Counted from the first letter of the whole stretch, positions 28,630-43,085 are shown. The stretch: DNA of 62,802 bases, filler included, from Pirum gemmata (GCA_002812295.1; 13 parts of 13 records of this genome joined end to end with filler, not necessarily neighbours in it); one strand, 5' to 3'. A program made the numbers and translations. Notes: generated by a model not told the origin, from the sequence alone.

Positions 28630-29481
28630 TCATTTTATTACTAAATCCAAAAGAGCATGAGCATTATTTTCAACTTGTGTAATAGGATCTGTACTGCCAG
28701 TATTAGCAGCGATCTTAAGATAAGAATTTTTAAACTGCTCCTTCGATACATTACCCAACGCCTTTTTTAAGTCTATGAATCCAGTTTTTTTCTCCAATGC
28801 AAGCCTACCAATATTATACGACATCGCTTCAAATGCTGCTTCAATACCAGCAGAAGTATCCGTCCCTCGACTAATTACCCAAATGGTATCAATCAATTTA
28901 TCAATGCTGCTATCGGTGACATCGCTCATGAAATCATCCACTTTCATACCTCCGATTTCCTTCCGTTTGTTGTTTTTCAAATATGATTTGAGGGATTCAC
29001 GCATTTCCTTTTTTTTCTGTGTGATTCCTACCATCTCTTCTCCCATATTACGAACAATATCGTACCCAACCGTCTTAATAACTTTTTTTCCTAGATCAGA
29101 AGCACTCGTTCCATGTTGTGGTGGTGCGTGTGATGGAGGTGCGTGTTGTGGTGGTACGTGGGGCGTAGGTGCGTGTTGTACTGTGTTTAGGGATTATACT
29201 ATTAATTAATGCTAATTAATGATAATGATACCCTAACCCTAACCCTAATAATAATAATGATGATATTGATGATGATGATGAATGTCAATTTTAATGAATG
29301 ATAATGAATAATAATAAAGAATAAAATATTAATAATAATGAATAATAATAACCTGAATTTTGACCAACTTCTTTACCGGCATGGTGTGCTGTGTTTTGAC
29401 CTACATGGTGTGCTACATCTTGGGCAGTCTGTTGGGTTCCTTGACTTAACGCGTGTTGGGCGGCGTGTCGGTTCACTTGAG
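28630..29481 (-). CDS. Hypothetical protein, last two exons (29481-29353 and 29180-28630), His/Pro/Gln-rich repeats then a helical domain
   Basis: A GT-AG intron at 29352-29181 joins ...VGQNS to VQHAPTPHVPPQHAPPSH...GKKVIKTVGYDIVRNMGEE, in frame with ORF 28630-29046. Confidence 0.7.
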
Positions 29482-30655
29482 CTAAATAATAATTAATAAT
29501 TAATAATAATATTAATAAATAATAATAAATGATGATAATAATAGATAATAATAGATAATAAATAATAAATAATAATAAATAATAATAAATNNNNNNNNNN
29601 NNNNNNNNNNNNNNNNNNNNNNNNNNNNNNNNNNTTAATTAATTAANNNNNNNNNNNNNNNNNNNNNNNNNNNNNNNNNNNNNNNNNNNNTTTAAATGAA
29701 TAAATAGATAATAAAATGTAGCAAATTAAATTAAATGGATTTATATTGTATTAATTTGGTACTCTTTATTGTATGACAAAACAACTGAAAAGTACTAGGG
29801 TCTATAGTCTACTAGGCAGCCTAGGCTACATAGAATGGTTTATCAGCTATAGACTCGAACTAGTAGATTAGAGTAGCTGTAATGCTGGTAAGCTGGTAAT
29901 AGACCCATCTAAATAGGGTATTTTAGGTTTTATTACTAAATATTCCTAAATACCGTATTCTGACTAAAAATATTAATGGTTTACAAATCAGTTACAAATT
30001 ACTTAATTAGAAAACCGTAAATGGCTGCGGGTTGCGGAATTAGTGCCAATTACTGCCAATTACTGCCAATTTAAAGTAAGGTGTCATTTACTTATAGGAC
30101 TCTTATAGGTGACACCCCTCCTTAGCTAGTAGACAAACTAGCTAGAACAGACTACCCAAACCTGAGCCCATAGACCTGCCCATAGACCTATCATACTAAG
30201 TAGAGAGGCTAAGCTAGAGAGGCTAGGTAGTGTTTTTCAGTTGTTTTGGCATCTGTTAAACCTGGGGATAACCACTACGCCAGCTTGAATATAATATAAT
30301 ATATAATACCAAATTAATACAATAGTCTAGGTATACCAGTAAATCTATTTAATTTAATTTGGTATATTTTATAATCTAACTATTAATTATTTAAAAATAA
30401 TATTATTAGTCTATAACCAACAAAATAAATATTCAGAATGATAAAATAAATGAAAAGGACCTTGAAATGTACATGTAGTCTAACTAGCTGATTTCCGGTC
30501 AAACACCACCTACCTACCTACCCTTGACGTGACATATTATTTGAACACTCCCTATAGAGTATAGACCCGAGAGTGACCCGAGTCTACTTATCAATACCAA
30601 AGTATCAGGAGTATAAGAGTAGTATCAGTATTGTATTAGTCTAATATTCTATGGT

Positions 30656-30873
30656 AGTAAGGGTGAGATGACGTCATTTTATTATTACCGAACAGCTGCC
30701 GATTTTTATGTTTTTACTATTAATGTTAATTTTATTACTTTAAGTGGTATCTACTATAATTAGATTTACTATTTTAAGCTATTTAACTGCTATTATTAGT
30801 AAGAAACACGGAACTAAGGTTGGCTCGATAAGCATCTGTTCGAAAAAAGTTCCAGTAGATATTCACCCCTACT
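30656..30873. mobile_element. MITE family 1 copy (reverse orientation)
   Basis: Ends AGTAAGGGTGAGAT / TCACCCCTACT, with a perfect 8-bp TSD TCTATGGT (30648-30655, 30874-30881). Confidence 0.88.
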
Positions 30874-31128
30874 TCTATGGTCCAAACTCCAGAGTCCAGA
30901 CTATGGAATAAATCAACAAAAGAGTGCAAAAAGTACTGCAAAAGACTTGCAAAAGTATAATAGAAATATTTTTACGACTTTTTCCTTTTTCCCTAGGACT
31001 TTTTCCTATACTTGGTACCAAATTATTTACGTACTGAATTTCTATAAATAGAAATATTTTGCTAATTTCTTTCCCACCAAAAGAAAAAAACTAAAATTTT
31101 TAAATTTTCAGAATTGTTGATTTGGTGG

Positions 31129-31159
<31 letters not shown>

Positions 31160-31670
31160 AAAATTTTATTTTTAACAGTTTTTGACCTAACTCTTTTTGG
31201 ATTAGTCAGAACATGAGTTTATTATTATGTAGCAAAACCAATCAAGAAAAGAAAAACAATGTTTTTTTTTTCTTATGATATGTATGATAAAAAAAAAAAA
31301 TCTACAGAAAAGTTGAGAAAACCACTATGATAAAAATCTCCGATAAAAATCTCATATAATATTATCATAGTCATATCATACACTATTACACTAATGTGCA
31401 TGCTATAATTATTATCGATATCATAATATTACGTAAATATTATGATATTGATACATGTTTTCGGTTTTCTTTCGACGCAACTCTAGCTAGTAGTCTCTAG
31501 TCGAAGCACCGTCAAAGCAACCCGACCTAAAGTGACGATTTTAGCCCCTCTCCTCCCTGTAATCTAATAATGATAAAGAAAATAAGAAGGCCAAGACTTA
31601 TAAACTCGAAAATGTTTACCAGAGGAAGACGATAACTAGTATCATAATAATATCATAACATCATAACATC

Positions 31671-31905
31671 AGGAGGGATGAGATGACGTCATCTTACCAA
31701 TTGGATGCTCGGACCGGCGAACTTCCAGAAATTTGCCTAAAGTTACTATAAGTAGTATAATAAACTCTTTTTAAAGTAACTACTTAAATAGGTAGTTACT
31801 AAAAAAACAATTACAAATACTAAATATGGTAAGGCGAAACAGGCGAACAACATTTACTTTGTGCCTCGGTCAAAAATGTTCGCCATAAGAGTTCTCACCC
31901 CTCCT
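31671..31905. mobile_element. MITE family 1b (related TIR, different interior)
   Basis: Ends AGGAGGGATGAGA / TCTCACCCCTCCT, with a perfect 8-bp TSD ATAACATC. Confidence 0.85.
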
Positions 31906-32004
31906 ATAACATCCATCATTCGTAAAGGACGTCACTTATTCTTTGATAAAAGTCATTGCTCGAAAGTGCGACTTAAACTGTTTTATGTAGTAATTAATTA
32001 TTTA

Positions 32005-32191
32005 TAGTGCTTTTCAGTTATTTTGTCATTATAAATTATACAATAAATAGTACCAAGTTAATATAATTTAAATTCATTTAAAATCTAATTTGGTATATTT
32101 TGTTATCTGTATATTGATTTAAAATTGTCAATCTAAATATTATAACTCTCCAAATAAATACTCGGAGTAACAAAATAAATGAAATGCACGA
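32005..32191. mobile_element. MITE family 2 (about 190 bp, TA-flanked, Tc1/mariner-like)
   Basis: Consensus TIR TCGTGCTTTTCA / TGAAAAGCACGA, flanked by TA. Further copies at about 30229, 32893, 33734, 45897, 46165, 46417, 47082 and 48135. Confidence 0.75.
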
Positions 32192-33115
32192 TAAATGAAC
32201 TTTAAAATTATGACCAAAAGTGCTTTGGACAAAAAGGTATAGGTAAGATTAGGTGACGTCTTTTATAAATGATAGCATCAGAGAGTATCAGAGTCATAGC
32301 ACTACTAGACTAGTTAGCTCAAGTTAGCGATGGGTCCAATACACAGACGGAGCTTGCGACTGCCTGTGCTTAATTAACAAACACACACAGAAAATTCAAC
32401 CAAAAAAACCAAAAAAAAATATACCCATATTAAACAATGCTAAAATGTTTGTTCTTATCTATTAAATAAATCACATTTATAAGCAATACTTTACATATAA
32501 TTTGACAAATATATCTTTTTGAGCATTTTTTAAAAAATTTCGTTCCCAATAAACACTATTCTATCAGTATTCTATCCATAGATGGAGAGACAAACTTTAG
32601 TCAAACTTTACCTAGCAAACTTTATTCCCATATCAAACATGTGAGTAACCGGTGGACTGCCGTGTGGTCTAACCCATTCTATGACCATAGCTAGTGTCTA
32701 AGAATCCCCAACTTTTTGGGACATAGTAATAGTAATTTTCTATTTCGAATATATAAATTTAGTGTGTTCGAAATGTTCGAGCCGCCAGAAAAAAATTGGC
32801 CACTTTTCAAAAGTTGGTAAAATTTTTGGCTTTAACTGCACAATACTAGTAGCTAGAGTTCCGAAATCACCGAAATCCTATTCGAAATCTGCTTCAGTTG
32901 TTTTGTCATCATAAAGTATACAATAAATAGTATCAAATTAATACAATATAAATCCATTTCATTTAATTTGGTATATTTTATTATTTATATATTCATTTAA
33001 AAAATTAATGTCAATTTAAATATTATAACCAACCAAATGAATATTCGGAGTGGCAAAATAAATGAAAAGCCGCAGTGAGTTCAATGTATAATACAAATAC
33101 GAGTCAAATATGATA

Positions 33116-33260
33116 GGGAGCATTCAAATAATACATCACGTCAAGGGGTAGGTAGGTAGGTGGTATTTTACTAGAAATTAACGTCGAGGGGTAGGTAGGT
33201 AGGGGTATTTGAAGTTGTATTTGACGGGAAATTGGTGTTACATAGTATTTGAACACTCCC
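33116..33260. mobile_element. MITE family 4 (PIF/Harbinger-like, GGG termini)
   Basis: TIR GGGAGCATTCAAATA / TATTTGAACACTCCC, with 3-bp ATA on both sides and internal GGTA repeats. Related partial copies at about 30495-30552 and 56333-56470. Confidence 0.7.
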
Positions 33261-35194
33261 ATACAGTACTCATACAGTGCAGCTACAGTGCCATTATTAC
33301 TACACAAATTTTTTTAAAAAAAATATATAATATCGATAATAATTTTATAGTATGATAGACTGTAGACAAACTATAGACAAGCTAATATAGAATGCAAAAA
33401 AAAAAAAAAAAGTTTGAGAATGGTTGATAAAGAGTTTTGATTAGTTAAAACATTATCTCAAAAAAAATGTTTATTTTTAGAAACAGTATTACTTCTATTT
33501 TAGGAAAAAGTTTCCCATGTTTTCAAAATATAATTACTTTATATGTATATATACTATATATAGTTTAAAAATACCAAGAAAAAACTGCTAGGAAAAAACG
33601 CTCAAAACTACAAAGTCGAACTACAACTATATTTTTTAAAAAAAAAATTTTAATACTACTCGAAGCTACAAAGTCGAACTACAACTATATTACTATTATT
33701 CTTATTCTTACTATTACTATTATTATTGATATATTGTGCTTTTCATTTATTTTGTCACTCCTAGTATTTATTTGGTTGTTTATAATATTTAAATTGATAC
33801 TTTTAAATAAATATATATATGATAAAATATACCAAATTAAATAAAATGGATTTATATTGTATTAATTTGGCACTATTTATTGTTTATTTTTTGACAACAA
33901 AATAACTGAAAAGCACGATATTTTAAAAATTATTACTCTAACTATTACTATTTACTATTACTGTAAATATTTATTATTACTAAAATTTATTTCTTGCAAC
34001 ACAAAATCAATTTTGACTAGTCTATCGTGCCTTTCATTTATTTTGAGGAAAAAAACCCTATGTAGGAAAAAAACTCTGAGGGAAAAAAACCTTAGCCAGA
34101 TAAAAAAAACCAAGGAAAAAAAAGGCCTGAAAAAAAGTACTGGAAAAAGCAGTGAAGATGGGAAAGGGGGGGGGTTAATTCTATCTACTCGCTTATTCTT
34201 TGATAAAAGCCATTGCTCGAAAGTATGACTTAAACCGTTTTAGGCAGTAATTAATTATTAAAATGAACTNNNNNNNNNNNNNNNNNNNNNNNNNNNNNNN
34301 NNNNNNNNNNNNNTTAATTAATTAANNNNNNNNNNNNNNNNNNNNNNNNNNNNNNNNNNNNNNNNNNNNAATGAAAAAAATATAGTAGGCCAATATATAG
34401 AATATAATAATATTATCTAATAATATTATTATAGTCATCTTATATCACGATATATATGATAATATAGCGAGATATCAACAAGGAGATATCAAAGCCAACA
34501 TTGGGGGTGTTGTCGCCAGGTGCTTGTTGAAACTGTTTGTACTTTGTAGTCACCAAACTCACCACCACCTTGTGTGAAATAAACGTATTATACCAAATTA
34601 TTATTATGGTTAAACCATCAGACATGTTTTAATTAATTTGGTATTATATTTTATAATTAATGTTGTATTTTATAAACAAGTTCAATTATACACTTAAACA
34701 GTGCCATATTAATTAAAGATTGAGAGGACAAATATGATGAAATCTAGCAAGGAGTTCAACTCCTTGGATCTAGTAATATTAATGAATTTGAATTAGGGTT
34801 AGGAACATTAGGGTTAGGGGTATATATTTTTAATATTATCAAAGGCCTATTATCAATACATATGCCTAAAACTATTTTTATTTTATTTATTTATTTATTT
34901 ATTTATTTTTTTTATGCATAATTATGATACCAAACTGGATAAAAATAGCTATAAAAATGGTGACAATAGTGTGACAATCGCTATATGAGCTCAAAAATCC
35001 AAAGTGAAAAGTATATTGGTAGTTGAATCTATGTTGATAGAATGGTTTTTTTTTTTTTGTTTTTGTTTTTGTTTTTGTTTTTGTTTTTTTGTTTTTTTGT
35101 TTTTGAACACTTTTTGAACAATGTTTTTTTTGTTTGTTTGTTTTTGTTGTGGTTTGACTTTGACCAGGTTTTGTCACTCCTTATTTTTTAACAG

Positions 35195-35568
35195 CCAAAC
35201 CGGATAAAACGGTAGAAATTATTTATTTATAAATTACCCCCTAATTAGGCATATTCACATTCTACCCACACAACACGGGATTAGGTATGTAAAGACTAAA
35301 TGGAGTAATTGGTGCCAATTTTGGATAATTCTTTTTAAAAAAATTTAACTGTAGAAATCATTTTTTTTAGACTTCTTTTCTAAACACTTTTAATGATATT
35401 AAAACTAGTCAAATTATTTTTAAAAACTAGCCATTGGTTCATAATAGAGTTTTCTTAGTTAGATTATTTCTCAATATTTGGTAGTACTTTTATTAAAATT
35501 GGATGGTTTTAAGATTTTTTGGATTTTGAGCACATATGGCGGATGTCGCCATTTTTATCCGCTTGGTA
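35195..35568. mobile_element. Dispersed repeat / probable MITE family 5
   Basis: Imperfect terminal inverted similarity (CCAAACCGGATAAAA / TTTTATCCGCTTGG). The right half recurs at about 41300-41530 and 57870-58030, and reversed at about 34930-35005. Confidence 0.55.
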
Positions 35569-35868
35569 GTTTAAAAAAAAAAATAGACTAGCCTTTCTTG
35601 GGCTGCAGTTTTTTATATTATCATAAGAGTGACCCCCCTTCTATCATGTTTTTCAGTGCAAAAACTGAAATAAACATACCAAATTATTATTATTAGACAT
35701 GTTTTAATTAATTTGGTATTTTATAAATAATATTGTATTTTATAAACAAGTTCAATTTTACACTTAAACAGTACCAAATTAAAGATTGAGAGGACAGGGT
35801 TAATAATAATCATAGAGATTCATAGTTAGATTCATTAGTATACTAGTAGTCTAAACTTAGTCTAAGCA

Positions 35869-36078
35869 AGTAGGGGTGAGATGACGTCATTTTCTTCTTA
35901 CCAGATTACTATTAATGTTAATATTATTACTTTAATTGGTATCTTCTATAATTAGATTTACTATTTTAAGCTATTTAACTGCTATTATTAGTAAAGAACA
36001 CGGAGCTAAGGTTGGCTCGATAAGCATCTGTTTGAAAAAAGTTCCAGTAGATATCTCACCCCTGATCTCACCCCTACT
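35869..36078. mobile_element. MITE family 1 copy with duplicated right TIR
   Basis: AGTAGGGGTGAGAT...ATCTCACCCCT-G-ATCTCACCCCTACT. Confidence 0.85.
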
Positions 36079-38104
36079 TCTATTAAAGCGTACCAATGTT
36101 TGATTATTTGATTGTTTGTGCTATGTACATCGGTACCGGTTTTTTAAAAAACGTTTTGAAATCCGACTCCAAGTTCCCACGGGAATCCCACCCAACCTAG
36201 CTCGAGTTTATTAAATCTTAACCATAACCAAAACCAAATACGTATACAATATATAACCAACGCAACGCAACACATTATTAATATTAATAATATTATATTA
36301 ATGTATTAATATTAATAATATTAATATATTATAATATATTAATACAATATATGTATATACATTAATATTTTAATTATACACAAATTGTAATGTCATGTAT
36401 AATACATTATATAATTATAAATTTATATATATTAATAATAATATTACAATATTAATACATTAATATTATCAATTATATTCATATTAATACAACGTTAACA
36501 ATTAATACAATACAATATACAATATTATAATTAATACATGTATTATACAATACAATATTAATACAATATTAAAACATACAATTAATACATGTGTATTAAT
36601 ACAATACAACATTTAATACAATATACAATACAATTAATACAATACAATACAATACAATATTAATACAATACATATGTATATATTAAAATATAAAATCAAT
36701 ATTAATATTAATATTAATACATAATATTATGGATATACCTGTACAATATTTAATAAAATATGTACACATATATTAATACACAATGGAATATAATATTAAT
36801 TACAATATAACCAACACAACGCAACACATTATTAATATTATTAATGTAATATTAATATATTTTAATATATTAATACAATGTATATATAATATATTATTAT
36901 ATACATTAATATTTTAATTATACACATATACAATACATAAATTATTTATAATATTATCATATAATATTAATTAAAATACATTAATATTATAAATTATGTT
37001 AATTAATTCAACGTTAACAATTAATATTAATACAATACAATATACAATACATGTACAATACATATATTATTATTAATTGTATTGTATTGTATTAATATTA
37101 ATATTAATATTGTATTAATATTGTATTGTATTAATATTGTATTGTATTTATTATTTATATTGTACATTGTATTGTATTATAATATAATATTGTATTGTAT
37201 ATATTGTATTAATAATACATTGTATTGCATTGTATTAAATATTGTATTGTACACATGTATTAATTGCATATTGTATTAATAATGTGTATAGCTATAACTA
37301 TATTAATAATATAATATTTAACATTTAAATTTCGCTATAGCTTTTAATTAAGAATCGTGAATTTCATTTTGTGTTACCTCAATTTTATTTGGTAACTTGA
37401 ATTGTAAAATTGGCATTTTTTAATAAAATAAATAAAATAAATAAAATATCAGTTTTTTTAAATTGTATCTATCAAATAATAAATTATATTAATTTTGTAA
37501 ATTTAAAATCTACATTTCTTTCAGGACTAATACCCTAACCCTGACCCTAACCTTCACCTTAAGCCTAACCCTAACTCTAATTATAACTCGAATTATAACA
37601 CTAATTCTAACCCTAACTATAACCTAACCTAACCCCAATAACCCTTACTCTAACCCTTACCCTTACTCTAATCCTAACCCTGACCCTAATCCTAACCCTG
37701 ACCCTAACTCTAATTATAACAGTATTATAACCCTAATTAAATTAGGTTTCGTATTTTAAGTGAAAAAATACAGAACTCTTGTTTATTTTCTTGTTTAATT
37801 ACTTACTAAAATTTAATTTTTTAACCATCTATGATACTAAACTACAACCAATTAGTTATCGCAAAATATCAACTCTTAAACTTTAAAAAATAATATCGGG
37901 GAATCATAGCTTTTAGAGATCATTACGATTATTTTTACACTTCAACCACCAATTATAAGAAGTATTTATACATGACGTTATTATTTCGTCATTAAATAAT
38001 GAAATTCCCCCTCCCACTTTTCTCCTTCCCCCTTCCCCCTCTCACCCAATCTCCAAAAGAACTCCTTTGCCAATTTACTTAACTAAGACCAATGCTACTT
38101 ATAA

Positions 38105-38647
38105 TTAAGGGTTTAATAATATTGTTTTTTTTTTCTGAGTCAACATTATCTTTCGACACTCATCAACAAAAAATACACTTGAAGTTAAAGCGGTAATGTA
38201 CACTAAATCAAAAAAAGATAAAGCCTCTGTCTGAAAAATCGATTGAAACGGAGGAAAATATATAACCATAAGCTGCCCAAAAATAGATCCTATTTTTATT
38301 AAAAAATTAGGGTTAGGGTTAAGATTAAGGTTAGGGTTAGGGTTAGGGTTAAGGGTTAGAGTTAGGGGTTAGAGTTAGAGTTAGGGTAAGGGGTTAAGGT
38401 TAAGGCTAGGGTTAGGGTTAGGGTTAGGGTTAGGGTTAGGGTTAGGGTTAGGGTTATAGGGTTAGGGTTAGGGGTTAGGGGTTAAGGTTAAGGGTTAGGG
38501 TTATAGCGTTAGAGGTTAAGATTGCGGTAGTAATATAAGTTAAAATTCTACTAATATATTGATTCATTGTTATTACGGATTAAAAAACATACCACCAACA
38601 GCATACAGAAACATAGGATTAGACAGGACTCCAATCTCTAATAGAGG
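38105..38647 (-). CDS. PMR1: Secretory-pathway Ca2+/Mn2+ P-type ATPase (SPCA/PMR1), last two exons (38647-38593, 38289-38105)
   Basis: The spliced translation [65 protein letters not shown] closely matches the SPCA C-terminus (SN.MF.YAV.GSI.GQL.VIYFPP.Q..FQTE.LS). The GT-AG intron is filled with telomeric repeats. Not in the ORF track. Confidence 0.88.
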
Positions 38648-39713
38648 CTAATTGCAAAACAACAAACAAAGTAAAATAATAAATTTTGTAAAATGTTATA
38701 TTAGAATATTGATGATAATAATACCAAAGTTAAACTTCTACATGCCATGGTAGTTTCGCTAGACGTTAGAGTTAGGGTTAGGGTTAAGGTTGGTTAGGGT
38801 TAGGGTAAAGGTTAGATAGGGTTAGGGTTAAGATTAGGATTAAGATTAAGGTCAGTTCAAGGTCAGGGTCAAAGTCAGGTTCAAGGACAAGGTCAGGGTC
38901 AAAGTCAGGTTCAAGGACAAGGTCAGGGTCAGGGTCAGGGCCAGGGTTAGGGTTAGGGTTAGGATTGAGATTCAGGTCTGGGTTAGGGTTAGGATTGAGA
39001 TTCAGGTCTGGGTTAGGGTTAGGGTTAGGATTGAGNNNNNNNNNNNNNNNNNNNNNNNNNNNNNNNNNNNNNNNNNNNNTTAATTAATTAANNNNNNNNN
39101 NNNNNNNNNNNNNNNNNNNNNNNNNNNNNNNNNNNTGTTATTGCTATTTTTATTGTTATTTTTATATATATATGTAATAATAAAGAAAAATATAAAATTG
39201 TTTATTTATATTTATTTATTTATTTATTTATAATAATAACATGTACTAAAGCAACAACTATAACTATACCAATAACTATACCAATAACAATAACAATAAC
39301 AATAACAGCAAAAATAAAAATAGCAATAACGATGACAATAAAAATAACAATAAAAATAACAAAAAAAATAACAATAAAAAATAACAATAACAATAACAAT
39401 AACAATAAATATAAAAATAACAATAAAAATAGCAATAACAATTTACAATAATAATTTACAATAACAATAATGATAACAATAACAATAACAATAACAATAA
39501 TATAATTATAATTATAATTATAATTATAACTGTAACTATAACTATAACTATAATTATAACTATAATTATAATAATATCTATATCTGTATCTATATCTATA
39601 TCTATAACTATCACACTAGTACTCCATAACCATAACACTCCATAACCATAACCTTGACAATAACAATAACAATAACAACAACAACAACAATAACAATAAC
39701 TATAACAATAACC

Positions 39714-39745
<32 letters not shown>

Positions 39746-41556
39746 CGCAATAACAAAAACAAATATAAAAGAAATAACAACAATAACAATAACAATAACA
39801 ATAACAAAAGCAATAACAATAGCAATAACAATAGCAACAATTGCAATTGCAATAAAAATAACAATAACAATATATAACAGCAATAACAATAACAATAACA
39901 ATTACAATAATATTAGCAACAGCAACAACAACAACAATAACAGCAACAGTAACAATATCAATATATTGTAATATCGTCTATTTCGTTACAGTTATCCTCT
40001 CAATCTTTACTTTTTTATTGTACATACATCTCAACAACAACTATAAGGAGATGCGGGAAAACTATCGAATCGAGACAACCTGTAGTTCGAAACTTTCGAA
40101 TTTTTTTGATCCCTTTTTTTTTTTTTTTTATTTAAAGTACTATTTATTGGCTCACTTTTGATTTCATTCGAAAAAAAAAAGGAAAATCATTTCAAAATTG
40201 TCACTATTTAATAATTAGGATCGNAAAGACAGAAGTAAATTTTTTAAAGAACAAGAAAGTAATTTGGTACAGTTTAAGTGTATAATTGAACTTGTTTATA
40301 AAATACAACATTAAGTATAAAATACCAAATTAATTAAAACATGTCCGATAGTTTAACCAGAATAATAATTTGGCACGTTTAATTCAGTTTTTGAACTGGA
40401 CAACACTATTAGAAAAACACGATAGCAATAACATTATTAATAACGATATGATAATTATGATAATATCGATATTTGATATGAAACATGATGAGGAAAATAC
40501 TTCAGAAAAACTATCGTCTATTCCATTATTAATACAGTTGTCCTCTCAATCTTTAATTTCGTACTGTTTAAGTGTATAATTGAGCTTGTTTATAAAATAC
40601 AACATTAAGTATAAAATACCAAATTAATTAAAACATGTCCGATAGTTTAACCATAATAATAATTTGGTACGTTTATTTCAGTTTTTGAACTGGACAACAC
40701 TATTGAAAAAACCTAATCCTAACCTAACCCTAACCTTAATCCTAACCCTAACCCTAACCTAACCCTAACCCTAACCCTAACCCTAACCCTAATCCTAACC
40801 CTAACCCTAACCCTAACCCTAACCCTAACCCTAACCCTAACCCTTATTCACTATAGTAAACCCTAACCCTTATTCCCTAATCCTAACCGTTATTCCCTAA
40901 TCCTAACCCTTATTCCCTAACCTTAACCCTTATTCTCTAACCTAACCCTATTCCCTAACCTTAACCAACCCTTGAGTTATAACTCTTATTCCGTAACCCT
41001 AACCAGCTCTTAGCCCTTATTCCAGGTAAACAAACCCTAACCCTAACCCTTATTCCCTAACCCTTATTCCCTAACCCTTATTCTCTAACCCTTATTCCCT
41101 AACCCTTATTCCCTAACCCTTATTCCCTAACCCTTATTCCCTAACCCTGACCCTAACCAGTCCTTAGCTAAGGCTTTGATAGTATCAGATAGCTAGACCC
41201 TTAATAAAAACCTGTGGTCAGTGGTATGTCTCACCTCCTTACCCCAATGATTCATTTTTTTTTTTTTTTTTTTTTAGCCAGATGAAACTGGAGAAATGAT
41301 TTTTTTTTTTTTAGACTTCTTTCTAAAACCTTTCATGATAACTAGCCAAAACTTTTTCAAAAACTAGCTATTGGTTATTATTAGTTTATTATTAGTGTTT
41401 ATCTTAGTTAAAATATTTCTAAAAATTTGGTAGTACTTTTATGAAAATTGGATCATTTTGTGATTTTTTGAATTTTTGAAGTATTTTTGAGCTCATATGG
41501 AGGATGTCGCCATTTTTATCCGGCTTGATAAAAAAAAAAAAAAAAAAAAAAAAAAA

Positions 41557-41611
<55 letters not shown>

Positions 41612-42897
41612 AAAAAAGACTTCATTTTTTGAAGTCCTTGTATGATGTATCAATAGTTCTATAGTTGTACAGTATCGATGATAATGATAGCTATAATATA
41701 ATGATAGTCTATGATACGATACTAAACTAAAAAAAAAATAAGAAAAAATCAGACTAGTTTACACAGCTGAGTTTACAGGTTGACTGTATGAATTATGATA
41801 ATACTATGGTAGTATCATAGTTTACAACTTTACAAGTCTAGAGCTACTATCGTAGCTACTAGTAGTAGACTTGAAAGAAGAAGAAAAAAAAAAAATGAAA
41901 AAAAAAGGGGGGTTTTAACAGTTACTTTATACTACTAGTCCTGTCATATTCATGATATCATATAATATTATGATAATAAGCTTGATAATATATCAGATTC
42001 ATAAGGGGCTACTACTAGCTAGCTAGCATATGGGAGTATAGGGGTCTATTTAATCTCTTATGATATTGAAATTATTTATAAATACATAGAGGAGTTCATA
42101 GAGGAGTTCATAGGGGTATAAAGTTATAAACTGGTCTATATCAGATCAGAGACTCCGGAACGCAACATAGTAAGTACTACCAGTCTCTAGACTCTCTACG
42201 CCGACTCTACGGTCTATGATACTTGTATATTTAATTTAATTTTTAAATATGTCATAATATTATAAAACAAAGACTCCTTTTGATACTACGATACTCTAGC
42301 CTACTAGTAGCTAGGCAGGCTAAGCTAGCTATCTATATAGCTAGCTAGTAGCTACTACTAGCTACTACTAGCTAGTCCTTTGATTATTAATAAAAATAAG
42401 AAAAAAAAATAAGAAAAAAAAAATACCAAAAAAAGAAATTACCAAAAAAGGAGAGGGAGGGAATCGAGCAAAAAAATACTGCAAAAATTGCAAAAAAATT
42501 GGCGAAAAGTTTGGGTTGGAGAAGTGTTGGAGAGTGGTTTTTCATAAAATCTTTGGTTTTTTTGCAAGTTCAAGAAAAAAAACTCCATGCCATAATAATA
42601 CCCCGTAACCATTCCCTTACCCTTACTTACGTACGTATATATACCCTTACCCTAGCTAGCCCTAACCTTATTGACCGAACCCTAACCTTAGCGCTAGCTA
42701 GTCCTAGCCCTAGTCCTAGCCCTAACCGGCACTCTAACCCTAATCCTAATGCTAACCCTAACCCTAACCCTAACACTCCACCCAAACCCTAACCCTAACC
42801 CTAACCCTAACCCTAACCCTAACCCTAACCCTAACCCTAACCCTAACCTTAACCCTAACCCTAACCCTAACCCTAAATCCAACCCTATTATATATCA

Positions 42898-43085
42898 TCG
42901 TCTATTTCAATACGGTTGTTCACTCCATCTTTAATTAGGTAGTATTTGGTATTGTTTATAAAATACAACATTTTAAAAGTATCAATTACCAAATTAATTA
43001 AAACATGCTTGATAATTTAACCATAATAATAATTTGGCACATTTATTTCAGTTTTTGAACTGGACAGCACTATTGAAAAACACGA
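42898..43085. mobile_element. MITE family 3 (about 190 bp; termini TCGTCTATTTCA / TGAAAAACACGA)
   Basis: Termini resemble family 2. Whole or partial copies at about 22098, 22987, 34575, 35645, 39974, 40260, 40515, 47350-47640 and 47837. Confidence 0.7.
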
